Source: a virus. Taken from it: a stretch of 64,000 nt of DNA. The notes under the pieces were generated by a model that saw only the letters and a list, made by a program, of their open reading frames with translations, had not been told where the DNA came from and did not search any database. The stretch is from IMG/VR virus record IMGVR_UViG_3300025424_000009; one strand, 5' to 3'. The stretch's first letter is position 1. Each line of letters begins with the position of its first letter. Positions 54,701 through 64,000 of the stretch are shown piece after piece. The translations under genes and the position numbers were made by a program.

Positions 54701-55998
54701 TGTGATAGGTGTATCTTGCATGTACAACCAATCCCATAACAAATTAGCTACCCTACCCTTAGTACAAGTAACTTTAGCAAAGTCATACCAATCCATAAAG
54801 ATGTATTCAATACGGTAAGGACTTCTTTCGTCAGGTACAAAGTAGAATCTCCATTCATCAGAAGGACCTCCCCAAGATATCAACCACTGTAAGTATCCTT
54901 TACTCCTGCCATCATCTGGAAGAACATAACTGATATCTAACCCATACTCAAATAGAATACTCATAGCGGTATTAGAACACTTTTCTTTTGTATCAGGTAC
55001 ATCATATCCATGATAATCAAAGAAGCTTTCTTTCTGTTCTTGTGTAGCTTCGTTGTTCATTACTGCAAAAAGCCATGTAAGCTTCTCACATTCTTTTCTA
55101 TACTCACCTTTAATACGTTCCTTGCAAGTTAGCTCTCGCTTAGGAGTAATTGATATGGAAGGTGTAAACACCTCTTGTACTTGTTCTTTCGTAACTGTTT
55201 TTACTTCTATCATAACTTATAATCTTTTAAGTGTTAAACTTTTTGTTATTTTTAAAGACTGTAACCAATACCCATCTGCACTCTCTATCTGATAGTCACA
55301 GAATTTAATGAAATCTGCTTTCTGTTGTTTAGACATACTATCTATTAACTCTTTCACTTGAGAGTTGTTACCATTCACATTAGACTCCACTACATATACA
55401 AAGTAGTCCTCAATAGTCTGAAAGTCTAAACCTTTTATTATTTTTTGTGACACCATGATTATAATTCTATTAGTTCAAATTTGTTAATGTTATCTTCCTT
55501 TAGGTACTTTTCAATAATATCTATAGTACTATCTGTGTTAAGTCCTGTAATGATTGTATATACTACTGGTGTGTTATTTTTTATTTCATATACAGTTATA
55601 CTTTTTTCACCGTTAAGACATTCAAATATATCATCATCTTCTATAAACTTCTCTACTACATAGTATAATTTAATAGTATCACTATACACATTACTGACAT
55701 GTTGTAGTGCTTCATTGTAGACATCTTCATTATCTATATGAAAAACTAAACTACCATCTGAAGAACTTGAAAAACTAAAACAAAAGTCATCAGGACTAGA
55801 AGCTTCATTCCAATCTTTATCAAACCATAAGCAATTAATATTATATAATGCCTCTTCATTAAATGGTGTAAAATCATATAGGTATACCCAACCTATTTTC
55901 TCAGCATCTTTTTTAAACTTTTTGTAAGTTTCAAAGCTACTAGATTTAACTGCAAAACCAATTTCTTTTTCCATTTTAAAACTTTTTAACTGTTAAAC

Positions 55999-56025
55999 AA
56001 AAAAGCCTACCTGAATGGTAAGCTT
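55999..56025 (-). terminator. Intrinsic terminator
   Basis: Minus strand AAGCTTACC-ATTCA-GGTAGGCTT then TTTT. Confidence 0.7.
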
Positions 56026-59000
56026 GTATAAATCTATTAAATCAACTTTCTACTAAAGACAAGAGAGGCTATTACAAATTTGATTTTATTGTTTCGATAG
56101 CCTTATTTATATCTTCCAAGCTGACGTTATCCCAACAACCTATTTTAAAAGTAGCTTGAGTTAATTTTACACTCCAGAGTTTTGTACCTACTTGTAGTAA
56201 TGAAAAGTCTCTTATTTGTTCTAATTCCTCTAAAGATATTTCACCATCTGCCACTAGTAATTTATCATCCATTATTATAGCTTCACGGCTTCGTGAATCT
56301 ATTATCTTTATTTCTTTTTGTTTGTAGATAGGTTCAAACCAAAGGTCTAACACACCAGCTTTTTCTAATAATTCTAAAGTATGTGATTTTGGATAAAATT
56401 GTAGTATTAACTTTTCCATTTTAGTTACATCATCAACTCTAGCTATCTCACAAGCAGCTTTTGAATATTGAGTCTTAACTAATTTATAACCGATAATCTC
56501 TTTTGAAGCTTCTGTATTAAAAGGAAGTAAAGACTCTTCTTTAAACCCTAGTTGAACTATATGGTTATTTTTATCTAAATATCTAACAATATAAAATTCT
56601 TCATACTTACTCGAAATAGTACCCTTGTTTTCTTTAAAAATAAGATCTCCATGAAAAATTAAGCTCTTTGGTATTTTATGAGGTTCACTAAAAAACTTAA
56701 CGTTAAATAAGTTTTTATCCTCAGTATTAAACTTTACCTCATCCCCTATTTTAAATTTGTTTGTCATTGTTATTTTATTTTAAATTATTAATTAATCTTC
56801 AGCATATGAAGTATCAAATCCATTTTCTTTTAGAAGCTCAATAGCCTCATCTGGAAGCCTAAACACACCATCATAGTTATTTACCTTCTTGTTATTATCT
56901 ACCCAGATACCTATCCATACACATTCATTTAAATCTGGAACATCCCATTCAATACCATACTCACCTGGTCTTTCTAAATCATATAAGTCCATTACACATT
57001 TATACTCACCTAGGTGCTCTAATGTAGGTGTAATACTTCTTTCAAGTACTATCTCAGTACTGAATACTTTTGACGCTATTAGTTTCATACTACTTTATTT
57101 TTTATTTCCCCTCAGCTTTGTTTAAGGCGGCATAAACCTGACGCTCTAGATCAATAGGAGAGTTATACTGCTCTTGTAGAGCTTGTAGACATGCCTTCAA
57201 AGCTTTATACATTTCTGGAGCAGCCATGATTAGATTAGAGGTAGTATAATCTTCACTACCTGATTCTTCTAGGTAGGTTAAGGCTACATCTACACCTGTC
57301 TTTTCATCATGTATTAAGTACTGGTTGTAAGGATTACCTATCTTACTCTTAGCCCAAGTGGTGGGTTTATCTTCTTTCACTTCAGTGGGAGTGTAGGGTT
57401 CTAGGTAACGATAATATATACACATATTACTATTATCACCCTCCCTATCGCATTTACAAGCATCTTCTCCGATAAGATTATCAACTATTTTAACTACATC
57501 TCCCTTACAATACCCTGAGTAATTAGGATTATTAACTAACACTTTTGCAAGTGATCCTACTTTAAGTTCTTTCATGATTTACATTATTTAAATGTTTGAT
57601 AATAGTGTTTTAAGTTTATTCATGTCATACCCATCTTGTTTATAACTATCAATTAGATAATCAATATACATCAATGCCTTTTCTTGATACCAATCAATGG
57701 TATCTAACCACTCTAAGAATTTATCTGTTTGAGGGTATCCTCTACATTCAAATATAATTTCACTAGGTAAGTTATCTTTATCCAACAGCCCTTCAGGTAT
57801 ACCTATGATAGGAAATCCATCCTTCATATCATATACATTCCAAGGGTCTTTTACTATAACTCCTTGTGCAATACCATATACATGACCTTTATACTTAAAG
57901 GTAAAGTTATCAAATACTCCCATAATTACACTTGTTTTAAAAATTTATAATGCTTTTTATCTGCAACCTTTTGACTTGATGCAACACAAGTAAAGCCATC
58001 ATCAAATGTATATCGTTGGCATCCTTTAGGAATTACAGTAAATATTTCCCCTGATACATTATCAGCATTGACAGGACTTTTAAAAGAAGTCATTTTACAG
58101 TCAGCTTCAAACATTGCACCCATAGTTAAAAATGCTGCTAATTGATTCATTCTACTCATTTCAATTTATTTAATTTGGTCAACCACTGATGAAATAGGTT
58201 TACATTCTTTGTCACATAGATTTGCAAAGATTAGAAAGAGCTTTGTTTGGTAGATTTTATTACTACTCTTTACAAGAGATTGACTCCAAGCTCTGTAGGC
58301 ACTAATTAACTCATTGGAGAGTTGTGTTGAATAAGTCATTTTTATTTATTTTAAATTGTTAAAAAGAAGCTGCTAAATTAATATATTTTTGTACTTCGTT
58401 GGTAGATAGGTAACCTTTTACATCACTACATGGTACAGTAAAAGTTTCAGAATCAAAATCATACCATTGACCTTTTTCATTCCAAATTGCAATTTCAGCA
58501 TCTGGAGATGTTTATATTTCAGAATCATATCTTTTATTATTATTCTTACAATAACAACCACCACCGAACATCACTGAAATAGTAATACCATTTTCAAATG
58601 TTAATTGAAACCCTCTGTTGTTTACTACTCTAAACATAATTTTTATTTTTTTTAATTAATAAATAAGTGATATTTTATGTATATCTCTTAGCCACTTCTG
58701 TAAGATGTGTTGGGTAGATGCAAGTACATAGTTATTGCTGTCATTATTTTCATAAGGTAAACCTGAACCTTCTTCTAATGTGTCATAGCCATACTGACAA
58801 GGTATATTAAAACCTTTTTCTTTAGCTAGTTTAGCTGTTTCAAAATCAACAATTTTTAATTCCATAACTAATTAATTTTTATTTTTAATTAAAAATTCTT
58901 TTATCTCTTCAATCACATAAAATGCAAGATTAAGAATAGCTAAGAGTAACCAACCTAGTGCCCATTTATCATTATGGATGTAGTAATACCAAGAAAGAGA

Positions 59001-59103
59001 ACCATACCCAATAAACGATAATAAATAAAGTATATTCATAAAATTTAATTTTAAAATTAATTGGTAAAAATTACCATTTAAAATAACAACATACTAAATA
59101 ACA

Positions 59104-59130
59104 AACTCAGTCAATAATATCAACTGAGTT
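59104..59130 (-). terminator. Hairpin, probable terminator
   Basis: AACTCAGT/ACTGAGTT perfect 8-bp stem with a T-rich tail on the - strand. Confidence 0.55.
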
Positions 59131-60455
59131 ATAAAACTCAACGAAACACAAGAGTGTTAAAAGTCAAGTGTGACAAGAACTAAATAATAACCTCACTTAA
59201 AGCCTCAAGCCTATCTACAATAGCTTTACTCTTAAAAGTAGGTTCAAGATAAAACTCATCTTCAACCTTTATAGCTCTGATGTACCCTTTATGTTGTAGG
59301 TCAATAATGGTATTCTCATTAAGTATTATACCTAGCTTCCTAAAAGGTAATATATCACCTACAGTACTAATAGTAAAAATGATGCGTAGTTCAAGTGTAT
59401 TCATAACTAATCAATTTAAACATGTTAAACAAACTTCATCTATACTCATGTGCGACTCTTGAGAGATAGTATCAAATAAGATAAGTAAAGGGTCTTTGAT
59501 AATAAAAACACAACCTAAAATTTCCATTTTATTTTTTTTTATTTTTTAAACTAATTCACTGGTAAAAATTACCAATACAAATAATAACAATATACTATCC
59601 CAGTAGATAAAAAAAATATCTATATTAAGTTTTATTAAATGTCAATATAAAAATCTTTATAAAAATACCTAAACCCATCACTATGCCAACCATTACCTTC
59701 TCATATTTTTACTCTCTCATACCTAAGCTTTAAACCTAATTCTTCTGTAACATCAAATAAACTCGGTAAGTTCTGTCATATTAATTGAACGTTTGTTTAA
59801 TTTTAAATAAGGTAGGGTGTATGATGACTGTATTAGAGATAACAATCATCGTAATATTACGATTAATAAATAGATCTAGGGCGTATAACAATATTCAAAC
59901 AACTGTTTTAAACACTTGTTTAAATAATAGGGGCTGGAAAAGGGAGTATCTTTTAATCACCCTCCTCTGTATTAAGGCTATCTATAAATTTCGAAACATT
60001 ACTATTCAATTCTATAAAGTCTTTCTTCGTTTTTGAATACCATCTTTGATAATACATAAGCCCCTCAACAAGTGCATCCCTTTCGGTTTTAGCTCTCATT
60101 GAAATATTCATACGTTCATTATAATCATACAACCAATAAAGACCACTGAATGTATCCTTGGTTAACTGAAAGGCATCACTCTTAAAAAATTAGTTCATGC
60201 TTTACCATAAGTTGAAATGTTTATTATTATAACCTAATATAAGAATTTAATTTAGAGAGCCCTTTAATTATCTTAGAAGGGTAGTTCGAACAAACGTTTT
60301 AAACAACTGTTTAATATTTAATATCTAAAAAGTTTTTTTATTTATCAGGAAAATTACCTAAAAAGAGGGGAGGTAGAGGAGGGTATCTGCTTTTTAGACA
60401 AATTTCCCCCACTTTTACCCACATTTCCCCACTTTATATAGTATTTTATTCTTTT

Positions 60456-60569
60456 TTACTCTAAAAACCAGGCAGTTTCACCACTTCCCCCTCCCATATT
60501 GTTATCGTTATCATCCTTAGTACCTTCTATCAGTATAAAAACAAATAGAATTGCTATTATTAGACTCAT
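60456..60569 (-). CDS. 37-aa membrane micropeptide, not in the ORF track
   Basis: MSLIIAILFVFILIEGTKDDNDNNMGGGSGETAWFLE; follows a duplicated leader. Confidence 0.45.
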   Translation of the reverse strand: MSLIIAILFVFILIEGTKDDNDNNMGGGSGETAWFLE

Positions 60570-60665
60570 TTTATTTAAATTTAATTACAGACTTATTAAG
60601 CCCCTGTTAACAATAGATTAATACAAACACCTTACTCACCCTATTACAGGTCAACCTTGAGCCTC

Positions 60666-60854
60666 TCAGTAGCCTTTTTCCCTAATTGAACGTACATTTT
60701 GCATCCAATTATTGAAGTCTACATGAGATATTTCTCTTTCAGAGACCTTAATTCTCTTAAATTTTAACCTATTTCTCTTAGGTTTTACACCAAAAAGACG
60801 TAATAAAACAGTATTTTTAGCCCTGTTTAAGGCTATTTTAAATCGTTTGTTCAT
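60666..60854 (-). CDS. Small basic hypothetical protein
   Basis: 62-aa Lys/Arg-rich ORF with an A-rich start context. Confidence 0.5.
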   Translation of the reverse strand: MNKRFKIALNRAKNTVLLRLFGVKPKRNRLKFKRIKVSEREISHVDFNNWMQNVRSIREKGY

Positions 60855-61175
60855 TTTGTTATATTTATTAATAATGTACCTTGCATATTAAGGGAGGTAG
60901 TATAAACTGAGTGCTCTTTGAGGTCCCTTGTGGTTAAAAATCCTCGCACCGACCCCACTCTAAGAATTTACCCTTAAGCTGTAACAAATGGTTTTAATAA
61001 CATACACTTACTTTTAACTCTCATTGGGGGATAAAGGGGGAGTCTATTTTAATTAGAAGGTCATCTTACTAAAGAGTGCATTCCTTGGTAAGGTGTTAAT
61101 CATATCAACATATTATAACTTGTAGTCTAAGTAGGTAATGCACTGCCGAACAGACTACATTTTATTTTATATCCT

Positions 61176-62447
61176 ATGTCACCATTAGACACCACTGTAG
61201 TAAACTACTACAAGAAATTCAGTAAACCGACTGTATTAGGTACAGTAACCTTAAGAGAATGGCTGAATGCTATTAACAAATGCCCTTACACCAACAAGAT
61301 ACTAGACGCTAGGTCAGGTAAGAAAGACTATGAATTAACTAAAGCTTCTCTGCCTGTAGTAACTTATAACTTCTTATACAGAGAATATAAGAAAGATAAA
61401 AACATAGAGTCACCTACAGGGCTACTATACTTTGATATTGATACACCTGAATTTAATATAGAGTCACTGGATAAGAGTAAGATATTTGTATTACACCATT
61501 CCTTTGGAGGTAGAGGTTATGTACTTCTTGTCAGGGTCGAGGGATTAACAGTTAGTAACTTTAAATCAGTATATAAAAATATTGCTATTGATTTAGGTAT
61601 TGACCACCTGTTTGATACTAATGCTGCAAAACATTCTCAATACAATACTCTTAGTCATGATACTAAGATTTTTATTAATGAAGATTGTATAATTTACGAG
61701 GTTGAAAAAGACCCCACGTCTGTCATATTATCTACTCAAAACAGCCTTGAAAAAGACCCCACGTCTGTCATATTATCCAGCGATAAAGAAAAAACCCCAC
61801 GTCGGTTGATACATGAAGAAGATACAAGATATATCACAGAGATGGGGTCAAAAATACCTTATGCACAATTAAGGTTCACTAACCTAACAGATTATGAATT
61901 TACTTGTGACTACATAGTTAACTGGTCTGGCTTTACTTTTATTCATTGTTACATACCTTTTAAAAACAAATGCTCCAATAAGTATAAAACTTTATTAAGC
62001 TATTGTACTAACCTTGTTTGGTTAAACCCTTCCATATCCTATAGCAGGACTTATAAAATAATGTCAAGAGTAAATGACATTTATTATGACATACCCTCAA
62101 AAGAAGTAAATGTAAAAAGAGTAGTTGATACAGTATTTAAGCAAACACAAGAGGGTACTTTGAAACCTATACAAGACAAACCTAGATATATAATATTTGA
62201 CCACACTAATAAAAGTAAATTATCCACCAGTGATAAACTAGAGATATGTAGAGATGAATTAATAAAGAAAAATATACTAGAGAGTAAACAAAAACTAGCA
62301 AAGCTAATAGATGAGTGGAACCTAGACCTTGAAGGGAAAATAACCATAAAAGGATTAGCAGCTAAGAAAGTACTAAGCAAAAATACAATTGATAAATACT
62401 ACTCTGTTTTTAGAGAGGCAGTTAAGATTAAGAATTCAAAGCTATAA
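61176..62447 (+). CDS. VirE N-terminal/BT4734-like (primase-polymerase-related) replication protein
   Basis: TL.EW...I, K.SLP.VT, TGLLYFDID, HSFGGRGY..LV motifs typical of this family. Confidence 0.7.
   Translation: MSPLDTTVVNYYKKFSKPTVLGTVTLREWLNAINKCPYTNKILDARSGKKDYELTKASLPVVTYNFLYREYKKDKNIESPTGLLYFDIDTPEFNIESLDKSKIFVLHHSFGGRGYVLLVRVEGLTVSNFKSVYKNIAIDLGIDHLFDTNAAKHSQYNTLSHDTKIFINEDCIIYEVEKDPTSVILSTQNSLEKDPTSVILSSDKEKTPRRLIHEEDTRYITEMGSKIPYAQLRFTNLTDYEFTCDYIVNWSGFTFIHCYIPFKNKCSNKYKTLLSYCTNLVWLNPSISYSRTYKIMSRVNDIYYDIPSKEVNVKRVVDTVFKQTQEGTLKPIQDKPRYIIFDHTNKSKLSTSDKLEICRDELIKKNILESKQKLAKLIDEWNLDLEGKITIKGLAAKKVLSKNTIDKYYSVFREAVKIKNSKL
61702..61803 (+). repeat. Direct repeats inside the replication gene: 2 x 31 bp plus a partial third copy
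   Basis: TTGAAAAAGACCCCACGTCTGTCATATTATC at 61702 and 61747; GAAAAAACCCCACGTC at 61788. Confidence 0.9.
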
Positions 62448-62500
62448 CCCTACCTACCCTACAACTCATCCATTATCTTCTTCAGCACATTTATTCTTAC

Positions 62501-63855
62501 TTATAGTAATTCTATTACTTCAGTCTTACTGTTAGCTAAAGTAGGTATTTGAGCTATGAATTGCTCATCACGGTGACCTTCCTTTTGAATAGTATAAGGT
62601 TTTAATACTTTAAAATACTCTCTCTCTACTTGTAAATAATCTATATTAAAGCGTTCTTTCAAGCATTTACAGATACCAAAATCCATATTTGCCTCGCTTA
62701 GATGTTCCTGTATTTTCCTTAAATCATATAGACCCTTTACCACCTCAGTATGTTCAACGTAATAAGCTAGTACTCTTTCAAATATCTCTTTCATAGTTAA
62801 TTATTTTTACGTTGAACATAAGGGATACATCCCCCTTGCTTCCTTGAATAAGCTAGTCGAGCATTGGAAATAGGATCTACACAAGAAGTGTGGATACTAA
62901 ACTTTTTACGACCACTTCGAGTAAGGTTAATAGGTTTGGGTGCGTCACCTTCTAAAGCTCTGTAAATGCAAGGCTTAAACGTTTCAGTTACGATTTCCTC
63001 TTTTACCTTCTGTAGTGGAATATGTCTAGGTACTAATTCTATATTCAGTCTCTTTGCAGCCCTTTGCATATACTTAGGTAAATCACTAGGATAGATAGTT
63101 TCTACCCTATCTACTTTCTTCTTAGTGGGATCATATTGTATATCCCCTTTACTACTTTTAGTACTACTCATTGACTTGTTTTGTAAGGCGTAGTCTAGCC
63201 TTGTCATTTGTTGATTCATAAAACTTTATTTAAAAGTTATTCAAAAATTGATTTAATAAGAAACCATATCATAGCAAAAGTAACACATAGGTTCTTGTAC
63301 TACCTTAAATTCAGGGGTTATTCTATTCACCCATTCCATACTATCTTCCCTGTTTACATTACCACAGGATGAACACTTACACTTAGGATGTCTATTATCT
63401 TTAAATCTTTCTATTATAGGTAATTCTATCTTACCTAGTATTACAGGTGTTTCCATCTTATTTAATTTTAGCCTATTTAAAGCTGTTAAAAAATAAATTA
63501 ATATTATCCCCTTATTACCTACCTATTACCTCAACCTTGAGGCTCTCAGGTATGATTTTAATACCTTTGTAGATAAAATATAAAAGGTTAGCTTTGCTAT
63601 ACTCCTCATTGAGAGGGTATAACTTTTTTGTAGGCTTAAGCATAAAGCCTTTTTTGCTGACCTTTATTTTCATCGTAGGTAAGCTTTACGAGCATCACCC
63701 CAACTAAACTTAGGGCAAGTACTTCTACTTGAAGCACAACTACATAACAGCCCTACTAGGGCAATTAATACAATGATTTTTTTCATAAACTTTATAATTA
63801 TTTTGGGGATATACCCCATTAACAAAAAACACCTAGAAATTGTATCTAAGTGCAC
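62501..63855 (-). other. Small hypothetical CDSs (62501-62794, 62797-63219, 63253-63456 Zn-ribbon, and about 63670-63786 lipoprotein-like)
   Basis: The last ORF probably starts at MKKIIVLIALVGLLCSC (lipobox-like). Confidence 0.6.
63824..63852 (-). terminator. Intrinsic terminator
   Basis: Minus strand CACTTAGA-TACAATT-TCTAGGTG then TTTTTT. Confidence 0.7.
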
Positions 63856-63938
63856 ACACGCCGAAAGACAAGCGTGTTAAAAACAAAGAGGCCAGGATAG
63901 ACATCCAGCCTCGTCTATGTCCAAAACAAAAAAACTAA

Positions 63939-64000
63939 GGGGAGTAGGGGGATTTGAACCCCCTATAAGCCTATACATTGCATTGCTGCTTTTGTAACAC
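63939..64000 (-). tRNA. 3' half of a tRNA or tRNA-like RNA, cut by the window edge; identity undetermined
   Basis: Minus strand GGGGG-TTCAAAT-CCCCC T-arm followed by TACTCCC-C acceptor strand. Confidence 0.55.

Larger units (their letters stand above)
51725..59404 (-). other. Array of hypothetical CDSs (51725-52045, 52053-52295, 52297-52590, 52587-52901, 52837-53118, 53173-54198, 54225-54647, 54662-55213, 55217-55456, 55459-55974, 56072-56767, 56792-57088, 57102-57575, 57588-57923, 57926-58159, 58656-58865, 59180-59404 and shorter ORFs)
   Basis: Head-to-tail - strand ORFs; 53173-54198 has a C-terminal CGSKCPSCG Zn motif. Confidence 0.75.

Noticed and set aside
60912-60921. boxA-like TGCTCTTTGA in the non-coding region
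   Set aside because: Single short match with no supporting context; could be chance
33622-62380. Opposite-strand or off-frame ORFs in the right half (e.g. 43949-44254, 52579-52995, 46455-46715, 59785-60036, 62084-62380)
   Set aside because: They overlap better-supported genes or have implausible composition

Overview
A 64 kb fragment of a large, AT-rich dsDNA phage, probably infecting Bacteroidota: several TTTG-N19/20-TAnnTTTG-type promoters are present and Shine-Dalgarno sites are generally absent. No virion structural module is visible. Positions 1-30.9 kb (+ strand) hold replication and metabolism genes: a family A DNA polymerase split into two ORFs, GroES/GroEL, a PD-(D/E)xK nuclease, ThyX, about nine glycosyltransferase-like genes, a DNA methyltransferase, two free-standing homing endonucleases, a WYL protein, tRNA-Arg(ACG) and a metallophosphoesterase. 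Positions 31-59.4 kb (- strand) are a dense array of small acidic, early-type hypothetical genes, interrupted by a tnpB-only IS200/IS605-type element. Positions 59.4-61.2 kb are largely non-coding and rich in repeats. They are followed by a VirE-N/BT4734-like replication gene, a few small ORFs and a tRNA-like element cut by the window edge. The most notable non-coding signals are: (i) two orphan TnpB omegaRNA-like scaffolds with covarying hairpins that end exactly at the TTG starts of groEL and a Zn-ribbon gene; (ii) a 20-nt motif found five times, four times just upstream of a terminator-like hairpin; (iii) a pseudoknot-like leader and iteron-like repeats at the replication gene; and (iv) an unannotated RHH ORF with a hairpin coupled to a homing endonuclease. 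All functional calls come from motif recognition by eye, not database searches.
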